43,525 bases of DNA from a virus. The position numbers and the translations under genes were made by a program. Location of the stretch: positions 1 through 43,525 of the IMG/VR virus record IMGVR_UViG_3300048597_000115; one strand, 5' to 3'. Below the pieces are notes generated by a model. That model did not search any database. It was not told where the DNA came from and was given only the letters and a program-made list of their open reading frames with translations. Within the stretch, counting starts at the first letter, position 1; each line of letters starts with the position of its first letter. Of the stretch, positions 16,701-24,969 are shown piece by piece.

Positions 16701-19700
16701 TCACATCGCCAGACTCAAAGCCAAGCATCTCAGCAGCAAGATCCAAGCTCATCCCACCTTTTTGCGAAACACCGCGATGGCGAAGTCTTTTCAAAAACTG
16801 CTGGCCGTAGTTCTCAACGATCTCTTCGCGAGAAAGTTTAAATGGCGTTGTCCCCTCATCAAGCGGTGACTTGTCGGGCTTGGTTCCATACTGCAAGAAC
16901 GCAAGCGCCTTGTAGAGATTCGTTTGCTCAAGCTCCGCACGGATGCGATCGCGCTTGATGTTCTTCTGATCGCGATAGAAAGTGGTCTTCTCTCTTTCAA
17001 TCTGACGGATAGCGATGTCGTTCAAGTGCGCTTTCGACGCGTCCTCTGCTTCTTGAACCGCGTTCAAATACTTCTCGGCCTTCACACCAGTGAGCCCAAA
17101 CGTGTCCGGGTTCTTAAAGATCGGATCCACACTTGTCCCTTGCACTTTTGCAATCTCTTCTTCTGTGGCGATCATGCGATCCATGACGCTTCTGATCTCG
17201 TCAGAGAGAGTCACGTTGAGCGAGATGCGCTTATAGATGTCAAGAAGCCATACGCGAAAACGGGCAAAGGCATCGCGCATAGCAAGGGAAGGTGCCCTGC
17301 CTTCTCTTAGATAAGCCTCAAAGGAACGCGCCCAGAGCTCGTGATGCTCTGTCTTAAGCTCAGAGCGATCCTTCACCCCTAAGTAGTTTAAGATCGCTGC
17401 GTAGTCGTCCTTGATCTGCTGTGAGGCATCCGGCGCTTGAGCCAGATCCCCCATGACCTCTAAGAAGAAGTGCCCCGTTTCATGAAGAAAAGTTGAAAAG
17501 TCTGCGTTCTTAAACAGGCTAATGTTCACACCGCCCGTATTAAATTGAATCGATCCCTTGCGCTCTATTGCGTCCCCGTGGAAATATGGATCTATCTTTC
17601 GACGAATCGCGTTGACGTTTGTCTTGAAGTTGTCTATACTGATTGTGTTGGTGCCATTGTCAGACGCAGCGTCTCCGCTTTGTGTGGATGTACCACTGAT
17701 CTGACTTTGCACCACAATTTCTTCTGCCTGTCGGTCGTGATAGAAAAACCCTTCCTTCGTTTCCTTAACCGTCACTCTCACAAGAAAGTTTTTCTGTTCT
17801 GTTTTTATTGGCGCGTAGAAAGTATGAAACGCAATGATGTCTCGACGCTCTTTACGGTCTGGCGTTTTTGTCATGTAAACTGCGCCCTCAAGAACCTTGT
17901 CGAGATTTACAAGACTCACTTGATTTGCAAAGCGCGAGCTTGCATTGCCAGACTTTCTCAAGCCGTCAGAGGATACTTTAATATCCCAACCCGTGTGCTT
18001 GTTCTTAAAGCTCTTACCTTGGAAAGACTTTGCAAACTCTTTCGCTTTCGCAAGATCAAGGCTTATTGGAACAGTGGCATCTTTGATCTCAACTTTCTCG
18101 GGCAAAGCGAAGTCGATTTGGTTGTCGTGTTCTGGTGGGGCGTAAAAACCACCGTCGTCGTTTCTTCTGCTTTGATAAAGCGTAAAGCCCTCTTGAGCTT
18201 TCGTCTTTATGTCTGGCGAGATCTCAACACCCCAAGCGTTCACATCCACAAGATCCACTGGCGCAACCTTCGCGTTCTTGTCGAGCTTCTTTAAAATCGC
18301 GGGAACAACTTTTCTCGTGAGCACATTGTCGTAGAAGAACTCCATGCCTTCTTTGCGCGGAGCTTTCTGGCCCGTCTCTTTAACCTGCATCTGCTCCCAG
18401 ATGTTATCCGTCAGGCTCTTGAGATCTTCTTGTGTTCTCTCGCGCCCGAGTGTGTCGCGCACGATTTTAGCGAGATCTTCTTTTGTTCTTACAACCTCGC
18501 CACGTCTTTCAAGAAGCTGGCCACGCGCACGCGCAAGCTCTTCGATGTTGATGCCGTCTTCTGTCTGCCCACCGCGCTGCTCGACTGAGCCGACGAGGAA
18601 ATATGGATATGGAGTAAGCTGCTCTTGTCGATAAACCTCTGCATCTTGGATGGAGTTAAAGTTTGTGCCCGTTAGCCGCCCGCCGTCAGAAGTCTTAAAG
18701 TAAAACTTTCCGGGCAAGTCTGGATGCTCTTCGATGGTCGCCGCAGAAAGTTCTTTACGGAATATCTCAGAGCTCCCCTGAGCATAACCTTCTTTCTTCA
18801 CCCACGTCAGATCATCCGTTCCCCAGCGCTCAACCTGCACGCTTGCAGGACTCCACGCCAGAACGTCGTATCCGCCCTCTGTGGCGAGCTTCATCATGCG
18901 CTTCATCACAAGTGTGGCCCACGCTTCTGTCTGCTTGTATGGAGCGTCGGGGACTCTACTAGACGCATCCTCATAAGCCTTCTTCGCATCAAGAGCTTTT
19001 GTGTTGAGCTCTTCAACGGTGGAGCTCTCTGCATTGTATTTTTCTGTTAAAGCCGCAAGCTGCTCGTCCGCGAAAAGAACATCGTAAAGCTCTGCGCCCA
19101 GACGCTCTTTTGTCATCCCCTCATCCCAGCTTCCGGACTTAACTGATCGACGAATCTCGTTGAGCACGCCAAGCGAAAAGCTGCCAGCAGAAGGAATGTT
19201 TTTCGTTATCTCTTTGATTCTTGTGCTTATCTCATCAAACGTTTTAAAAGACCGTTGCTTTGCTTCGTCTCTTTGCTTTTGTATATCTTCATATTCTTTT
19301 TTAACGCGAGCAAACTCTTCATCGTTTGCGTACCCGCGCTCCCTGCCCTTTTGGTGCCAATCGGATTGCACTTCCTCAACGAATAGCACACGCTTTCCGT
19401 CTGGTGTTTCTCGGTCCGTGACTCGAGCATGAGCCACCACGTTTGGTTGCTCCCAGTGACTTTCCTTAAACCACTCTTCGCTTGGAACCGTGAACAAAAG
19501 CTCACGATAGTTTGAGCCGTTCTTGACCTTATAACTTCCAAACTTGCTCTTTCCTCGCGGCGTGTTCACGTCATCGACGGGCTCAAGCTCTTTCTCTTTC
19601 TTTTCTTTTCTCTCAGACACGAACTTGTTATCGACAAGAACTTTTTCTATTTCCTTAAAGAAGTCTTGATCTGTTGTGGCCTCTTCGCCAGTATCGAGCT

Positions 19701-22700
19701 TTGATTCTATCTTAAATATTTTCGCGTCGTCATCACTGCCTTCTACTTTCACTTCAAGCGTCCAGCCCTTGACGTTGTTCCCTCGAATATAAATATCTAG
19801 GGCCGGGTGTTTAATGATCGCGCGGAGCTTGTTTTCTTTTCTGTTTGGATCCAAGAAGAAAGCCCGAGCTTCTTCGTCTGCGAGAATCCTCATGTTGTTC
19901 TTGTCTGCGTCTTCGATCTCTTCTTGCGTCTTTCCCTCATACTCGCTCGGATAGTTCTCGCGAGCCTTGCGCTGATACTCTTCTTTCTTTTCTTTTAATA
20001 GCAGCTTGGCTTTTTTCTCTCTCAATGAGCGAAGCGTTTTCAGTTCGCTTGTGATATTGTGAAGCACTCGATAGAACTCGAGATCCTCAGCGCGTGAATA
20101 ACTTAAAAGGTCGGCATCAAGTTCGCCCCTTTCGCGAAGGATACTTGCCATCTTGACTTGCGCTTCGTTGAGGTTTCGCCCAAGAGAGTTCCCGTCTTTA
20201 TCAGACCACTCGTACTCATCGCTTCCATAGAGCGTGACAGTTTCCTCATATCCATCAATATCTGTGTATGTGCCAGTGACTTCATAGCGAGCGCTATAGT
20301 AGTCATCGCTTTCGACGTTCTCTTCTGCCATCTTTTGCGCAATCTCTGAGCGCTTTTCTTCAAGTGCATCTTCAAGCCCCGACTCATCAACGTTTCCGTC
20401 TTCGTCGGTGTAGTCGGGAAGCAATAGCTCTCGCTGCTGCTCTTTCTCGCCGCCCCTTTCTTCCCACCAATAGTCATCCGACATATAGTTGTCATACTCG
20501 CTCTCAATATCATAGTGGTCATTTGAGTGATCGCGCTCGGGCTCGCTCCACTCGATGTTCCCGATGTTCTCAGTCTCGCTTGAAGAGCCCGCTTTCTTGT
20601 AGTCTGGGCTCAACACAATCTGATCGACCTTGAGCCCGTTTTCTTTGATGAAGTTTAAAACGTCTTCTTTCTTCACTGGCCCTTCTTGCGTCTCAAGCCA
20701 GTCTGTTAGCCCAAGGTTATCAAGTTCATCTTTCTTAATGCCAGCGATGTTCTTTATGCGCCCAGCAAGATCCTTACCCGGCATCTGCTTGAAGTTCATC
20801 TTTTCAACTTCGCGCTCCACTTGCGAATAGAAACCAAGCGGTGAGAGTGGCGTTTGTTGTGGCACAGTTTGGAAAAGCGTTAAGCCTTGGCCCAAGAGCT
20901 CAGCGCGCATCTTTGGCGTGATCTCAAGCGAGTGGACTTTGGTGCCCTCTGTTCTTAGCCCAGATAAAATCTCAAGAGCTTCTTCTTCGCTCTCGTAGTT
21001 TTCATAAGCCCCGCCCTCGTCGCTGTAAACTTTCCCGTTTGCATCTTCTATGTGATAGTAACCATCGCCACTGTTTCTGACTGAGAGTTTATTGTTGAGA
21101 GATCCGCCGCCAATGTCGCTCATCTCAACTTTCACACCGTACTTCTTGCCGAGCTTGTTGGCGTAGTTCACGAGCATCTCGTCGTAGAAAGCCTTCATGC
21201 CCTCGCCGCCGACTTTTAAGTTTTGCCCCTCGTAAATGTAAACGCCCTCGCCGTCTTCTCGCCCTTCTTTGTTGACGATCTTTTCTGCAAGATCTTTCCC
21301 GAGCAAATCTTCAAGTTTTTCTTTTGTGACATTCGCGTGAGATGCAAGCGCGCCTTGGCCCTTAATAGCCTCAACGTCATACGTTCCATCTTCATTGTAA
21401 GTAACGTCCACATGATCCACTTGCTTCGCCAAGTTGTAGTGCTCAGCGTTCTGCTCACCCGTTGACCAGCTTATCTTGTCATAGCCGTTCTTAGCTGCAT
21501 CAAGAAGCAAGCTCTTCATCAAGAACTCATGCCAGTTCTTTTTCAGTGGAGCGTCGGGGACAGCGTTTTGCTCTTCTTTTATTTGTGTGCTTATTTGTGC
21601 TATTTGCGCGTCAACTTCTTCGATGGCGTTATTTAATATGTCTGCCTGAGACGTGTACTCTTCTTGATTAACAAGGCGACCATACTCCGCAGTGACCCAC
21701 CAACTGTTATCGCCTTCACCAATGGCGTTCGCCGTCTCTTCGGCCATCCTCATGTAGCGAGAGTTGAGCGCCAAAAGCTCTTTATTCAAAGCAGACCTTG
21801 ACTCGTAAAGCTCTTTACTCTTGGCATAGAGCTCTTTTTCGTTGCCCTTTTGATACCCTCTCTTTAGTCCATCTTGATGCCAGTCTGATTGCACCTCGTC
21901 TGCGTGAAGAAGTTTCTTTCCATCCTTATCCACGCGATCTGTAAGCCTCAAGTGCCCAAGAACGCCGGGGCCAAAGTGAGAGCTTGTGTAAACTTTCTTT
22001 TGTGCTTGAAGCTCCATCTCGTGCTTGAACTGAGTTTCAAGCTCTTTCACTTGCGCATCGCTCATCTTTTGAAGATCACGATCTTTTATGCCGCGCTCTT
22101 TCGCCCACTCGAAGAACTTGTCGTTAGCTTTCTCACCGGGCTCAAACACTTTGGGCTTATAGATGAACAAGCGCTCGCGATAGTTTTCTCCACCGGGGAG
22201 CGTGTATCTTTGGAACTTCGCGCCTTGCGGATCGTTAGCTTCGCGATTGATTTGATCCTCGATGTCGTCAATCTCTAGACCAATAGTTTCCTTTTCGTCG
22301 ATGGCTCTTGCATATTCTGCAAACTTTTCTTTCACAAGCTGTGGAACATCTTCTCGCTGCTCCACGCTTTTGATAGTTTCTTCTCCGCTGTGGCCCCAAC
22401 TAAGCCCATTTGTTAAAACGCTCGCCTTAACGCGACTAAAACCAGTCTGCTCCACGGCAGCGTCGAAAGCTGCTGCTGCGTCTTCGGCTTTAACTTGAGC
22501 TTCGCCAAACTTTACTTGTATCTCTTGGCGCTTTGCCTTGAGCTCGTCAAGCGCCGCATTGTCTGCGCCAACCATCTTCTCTTCAATCTTCACTTGGTTC
22601 TCACCAAGGAAGTCCAAAAGCTCTTCTTTTGAAACGCGCTCTTTCCCCTCTAAGAACTTATCAATGCCACTCCATCTGCGCTCGTCTTGCTTGATGTCTT

Positions 22701-24969
22701 TAATCATCCCCTCGACTTGCTCGCGAGTGGCGAAGTTCCCCATCTTCTGCGAAACAGTGTCACTGAGCTTCGAGTAAAAGCCCATCTCATTTAAACGCTG
22801 GCGCTCAACCAAAACTTTCTGGTTGTACTCTTTGATCTGCTCGCCGAGTTTCCCGTTGATTGTTAGATTGTATTTTTCAAAAATCTCTCTCGGCGTTTTC
22901 TTTTCTTGCTTTGCAAGGTTCGAGAGAATAGAGCCCCATATTGCAGCTTGCGCCTTCGCATCTGCTGGTTGATAGTTGTTGCCCAAGTTAAGAAGCGTTG
23001 ACGCGATCTCGCCCTCGATCTCTTTCTTCTCTCTCTCGTTAAGCTCATCAACAGAAAGCTCGGGCTCGTTCTCTGCTTCTTTTGCAAGCTCACCAAGCAC
23101 CTGAGGAAGTTGGCTTGCTGTTTCTTGTGCCTCAGTGGGACTCATGCCAGCAGCTTCAAAGCGGATGACATCGCTCAACACATCGAGCTTTTCGTTCTTC
23201 ACAACGTGCGTAAGGTATGACGTGAGTGGCATCTCAAGCTCACTGCCTGTCTTCTTGGCTTCGGCATACGCTTTCCCACCATCGCCCATGATCTCGCCCG
23301 CCACTTGCACGGGAGAAAGCCCCGCTTCTTGGAGCTTCGTGTCCCACTCGTCTGATTGAAAGAACACAGTCGCGGGCTCATTTCCCACCGTTGAGAACTG
23401 ATCGAGAATCTCTTTTACTCGACCGGGCAAGCGCTTTGTGATCTTCGCATCACGAACCGTGCTCACAAGCTCTTTCAGTGCGTTTGCCTTAGCGCCCACA
23501 TCAAGCGCCTTCTGCGCATCCGCCACCACTTCTTCGGCGGCTTTAGCGGGATCCTTCGAGTATCGTGCGGCACGGATCGAAGACATCACTCCGATCTCTG
23601 CCACCGAGTGGCCACCCGCAGCGACACCCTCAAGCATACTCTCGCCCATATTAACTTTAGAAAAATCACCCTTCTCTCGAGCAAGCTGTCCCGCAGCTTC
23701 CGAAAGAGACTCGCCCCCCATCTGGACGCTCATATCTTTTGCAACACCCTTGGCCTTCACCCACTTCGATGCGCCAGCTTTTGCGAGAAACTTCCCGGCA
23801 AAGAGCCCCATCGCAGAGTCAACCGCAGCAGTGGTTAAACCCTTTCGCATCGCCTCGGCACGAATCTCTTTCATTAAAGACTCGTCTTGATAAGCCTTCA
23901 TAAGAGCTTGTGGATCCGTCACATCGATCCCGCGCTTAGAGAGCGCTTCGTTGATCTGTGAGCCCACCTCTGTAAACGCACTGCCTGAGAAGGTGCCAAG
24001 AACTCCACCAAGCGCAGATGCTATTGGAACAGTCCAAAGTTCTTCGGGTGTGGCGACTTGTGGACCCATCTGGCCCGCAACCGCGGCGATCTTCGCGCCA
24101 GTTATAGCACCACCTGCGCCCCCCACAATCGACGGCACACCAAACGCCAACGTCTCAGTCACCAAGTGGCCAGTCCCTTTTGGTTGACGAGCGGCTTCTT
24201 GAAGAAGATCAAGCGACTCAATGACAGTCATCCCGCCACCCGCGCCAATGCTCTTTAACGCCCCAAGAATCTTTCCTTGTCGCATCTTAGAAAAACCAGA
24301 GACAAACTCTTGCCAACTTTCGTTGATGTCGCCCATCTCTTGGTCCGCCATCTCGCGAAACTTCTTCACATAGTCTGGCGCGTTTTCACGAATCTTCTGC
24401 GACTTCTTATTGAGCTCGGCCACCATCTCTGCGCCCTGCTCGGGCGAGATCGTTCCATAGGCCACAGCAAGGTGGATGCTTGATGCGCCAAGATCGTTGA
24501 TGCTTGTGCGCCCAGCGTCTTTAAGATCACTCGCATAAGACTGGGTTTTCTTCTTCATCACAAACGGACGGAAGTTTCTTTCGATGTTTTTCAAAGACTC
24601 AACGTCATCTTTTGCGATCGCAGCGTTATCTGGCACCGCAAGGAAGTTTGCAGTTTGCGGATAGTTCTTAACGATGTCGTCGTAGTCGAAGAGATCCACT
24701 TCGGCTTTCTGTTGAACCTCAACGAAGTTTCTTTCAACAACGGGAGTGGGAAGCCCCATGCGCGAAGCCAAGTCCACAGCTTTTGCTCTTTCGTCTGGGT
24801 TCTTCTCCCGCGCAAGGTGCATGGAAACTTTAAGCGGCTCTTTTAAGTCTGGTTGAAACGTTTCCTTCACGATCGAATCATATTCATCTTGCACGGGCGG
24901 GGGCTCAGACTTTTGCGCCGAGAACGTTTCTTTAACTATAGAGTCATATTCGTTGCTAGTATCTTGCAT
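13762..24969 (-). CDS. giant internal-virion / ejection protein with polyvalent-type modules (3,735 aa)
   Basis: Uninterrupted 11,208-nt ORF with ATG start. Occupies the T7 gp16 position (after the 182-aa and 555-aa core proteins, before the fibre). HETGH at aa 2496-2500. Duplicated EVQSDWHQ-containing module. Hydrophobic segments near both ends. Confidence 0.8.
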   Translation of the reverse strand: MQDTSNEYDSIVKETFSAQKSEPPPVQDEYDSIVKETFQPDLKEPLKVSMHLAREKNPDERAKAVDLASRMGLPTPVVERNFVEVQQKAEVDLFDYDDIVKNYPQTANFLAVPDNAAIAKDDVESLKNIERNFRPFVMKKKTQSYASDLKDAGRTSINDLGASSIHLAVAYGTISPEQGAEMVAELNKKSQKIRENAPDYVKKFREMADQEMGDINESWQEFVSGFSKMRQGKILGALKSIGAGGGMTVIESLDLLQEAARQPKGTGHLVTETLAFGVPSIVGGAGGAITGAKIAAVAGQMGPQVATPEELWTVPIASALGGVLGTFSGSAFTEVGSQINEALSKRGIDVTDPQALMKAYQDESLMKEIRAEAMRKGLTTAAVDSAMGLFAGKFLAKAGASKWVKAKGVAKDMSVQMGGESLSEAAGQLAREKGDFSKVNMGESMLEGVAAGGHSVAEIGVMSSIRAARYSKDPAKAAEEVVADAQKALDVGAKANALKELVSTVRDAKITKRLPGRVKEILDQFSTVGNEPATVFFQSDEWDTKLQEAGLSPVQVAGEIMGDGGKAYAEAKKTGSELEMPLTSYLTHVVKNEKLDVLSDVIRFEAAGMSPTEAQETASQLPQVLGELAKEAENEPELSVDELNEREKKEIEGEIASTLLNLGNNYQPADAKAQAAIWGSILSNLAKQEKKTPREIFEKYNLTINGKLGEQIKEYNQKVLVERQRLNEMGFYSKLSDTVSQKMGNFATREQVEGMIKDIKQDERRWSGIDKFLEGKERVSKEELLDFLGENQVKIEEKMVGADNAALDELKAKRQEIQVKFGEAQVKAEDAAAAFDAAVEQTGFSRVKASVLTNGLSWGHSGEETIKSVEQREDVPQLVKEKFAEYARAIDEKETIGLEIDDIEDQINREANDPQGAKFQRYTLPGGENYRERLFIYKPKVFEPGEKANDKFFEWAKERGIKDRDLQKMSDAQVKELETQFKHEMELQAQKKVYTSSHFGPGVLGHLRLTDRVDKDGKKLLHADEVQSDWHQDGLKRGYQKGNEKELYAKSKELYESRSALNKELLALNSRYMRMAEETANAIGEGDNSWWVTAEYGRLVNQEEYTSQADILNNAIEEVDAQIAQISTQIKEEQNAVPDAPLKKNWHEFLMKSLLLDAAKNGYDKISWSTGEQNAEHYNLAKQVDHVDVTYNEDGTYDVEAIKGQGALASHANVTKEKLEDLLGKDLAEKIVNKEGREDGEGVYIYEGQNLKVGGEGMKAFYDEMLVNYANKLGKKYGVKVEMSDIGGGSLNNKLSVRNSGDGYYHIEDANGKVYSDEGGAYENYESEEEALEILSGLRTEGTKVHSLEITPKMRAELLGQGLTLFQTVPQQTPLSPLGFYSQVEREVEKMNFKQMPGKDLAGRIKNIAGIKKDELDNLGLTDWLETQEGPVKKEDVLNFIKENGLKVDQIVLSPDYKKAGSSSETENIGNIEWSEPERDHSNDHYDIESEYDNYMSDDYWWEERGGEKEQQRELLLPDYTDEDGNVDESGLEDALEEKRSEIAQKMAEENVESDDYYSARYEVTGTYTDIDGYEETVTLYGSDEYEWSDKDGNSLGRNLNEAQVKMASILRERGELDADLLSYSRAEDLEFYRVLHNITSELKTLRSLREKKAKLLLKEKKEEYQRKARENYPSEYEGKTQEEIEDADKNNMRILADEEARAFFLDPNRKENKLRAIIKHPALDIYIRGNNVKGWTLEVKVEGSDDDAKIFKIESKLDTGEEATTDQDFFKEIEKVLVDNKFVSERKEKKEKELEPVDDVNTPRGKSKFGSYKVKNGSNYRELLFTVPSEEWFKESHWEQPNVVAHARVTDRETPDGKRVLFVEEVQSDWHQKGRERGYANDEEFARVKKEYEDIQKQRDEAKQRSFKTFDEISTRIKEITKNIPSAGSFSLGVLNEIRRSVKSGSWDEGMTKERLGAELYDVLFADEQLAALTEKYNAESSTVEELNTKALDAKKAYEDASSRVPDAPYKQTEAWATLVMKRMMKLATEGGYDVLAWSPASVQVERWGTDDLTWVKKEGYAQGSSEIFRKELSAATIEEHPDLPGKFYFKTSDGGRLTGTNFNSIQDAEVYRQEQLTPYPYFLVGSVEQRGGQTEDGINIEELARARGQLLERRGEVVRTKEDLAKIVRDTLGRERTQEDLKSLTDNIWEQMQVKETGQKAPRKEGMEFFYDNVLTRKVVPAILKKLDKNAKVAPVDLVDVNAWGVEISPDIKTKAQEGFTLYQSRRNDDGGFYAPPEHDNQIDFALPEKVEIKDATVPISLDLAKAKEFAKSFQGKSFKNKHTGWDIKVSSDGLRKSGNASSRFANQVSLVNLDKVLEGAVYMTKTPDRKERRDIIAFHTFYAPIKTEQKNFLVRVTVKETKEGFFYHDRQAEEIVVQSQISGTSTQSGDAASDNGTNTISIDNFKTNVNAIRRKIDPYFHGDAIERKGSIQFNTGGVNISLFKNADFSTFLHETGHFFLEVMGDLAQAPDASQQIKDDYAAILNYLGVKDRSELKTEHHELWARSFEAYLREGRAPSLAMRDAFARFRVWLLDIYKRISLNVTLSDEIRSVMDRMIATEEEIAKVQGTSVDPIFKNPDTFGLTGVKAEKYLNAVQEAEDASKAHLNDIAIRQIEREKTTFYRDQKNIKRDRIRAELEQTNLYKALAFLQYGTKPDKSPLDEGTTPFKLSREEIVENYGQQFLKRLRHRGVSQKGGMSLDLAAEMLGFESGDVMMTTIANAPTLREAVEAQADMEMKQEYPDLFESAQLSEEVTKALHNDKHSQLLRLQLQHLVENNLPVMKDVIRQATKRVPSSKEVKAEAHRIIGKRIVKDVRPHLYYNAEKKAAKEAGVKLAQGDFEGAYDAKLRELLNHELYKAAIEFKELMTKFDDHKARFYRPDDEIAKSREVDYVNAIRAILTQFGLGKGKADKSAMAYLDSIKKYDPSTYETIYTIVSDIAEFSGDYKELSVESVERVIDSVNALWDLAKSARQIEIDGKMVDVNVAREEVKLRALEVLGETGAEKKYRKSVEDMDKTKIDFLGIRARLRRIEHWAVSVDGNESTAMRRNIYRPIIDGTTKYRLAKEKTFLDLQKIFKTYKDIFKKGKIASPELNFEFQDKAQLLGALLHRGNESNFRKLLLGYEWGTIDDEGVLDDSKFKAFETRLQREGVLSKQDYDFLQAMWNLNETLKPEAQKAHKKMYGHYFSEITANEFETPYGVYRGGYVPAIVDQYLNSDASARAEKEAVSGVNNSYTFPTTGRGFTKSRVQRYVAPLAMDVRLASMHLDKVLRFIHIEPRVKDVMKIVSDKEVRGALEALDRTTVSDVIIPALQRAATQRVVESATGFGGRLIDRTFKVIRKRVGLHAMFLNFANTIQQVTGFSAALVVVKPHYVRNALYKFSRSPADTAKSVREKSDFMKTRTTTQVMEVHSGIEKIALDPGLYKNTTMWFETHGYVLQSAAQNVVDNIVWVGAYEQAIESGSTEQEAVWSADEAVRTTQGSMNPEDVSTAETGRPFTRLFLMFAGYFNNLANLNYGQVQTISREVGLRKGAGKLFYVYLMGFMIPAVLGDLILKALQSSGLDEDDDDEYMDDFVGLFFGSQMRMGFAMVPGAGPVLNNAINQFNDKPFDDRLTLSPAVTQIEKLAHIPYDVYEAATGDLNKKRATQDAMSALALAGVPMGQVSKTAGYLIDYNEGKADPETGDEFMRGLLTGR

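Noticed and set aside
17545-18294. 249-aa plus-strand ORF, and many other 60-160-aa plus-strand ORFs lying antisense to the giant gene and other minus-strand genes
   Set aside because: These are shadow ORFs of long minus-strand genes. They have Leu/Ser/Arg/Cys-rich, low-complexity composition, no SD, mostly non-ATG starts, and fully overlap well-supported genes.
13762-24969. Giant ORF as an N4- or crAss-type virion RNA polymerase
   Set aside because: I found no DxDGD/NADFDGD-type or T7-like polymerase motifs by eye. The phage is temperate, with host-type promoters. The gene order instead matches a gp16-type core protein. Only a profile search can fully exclude a divergent polymerase.
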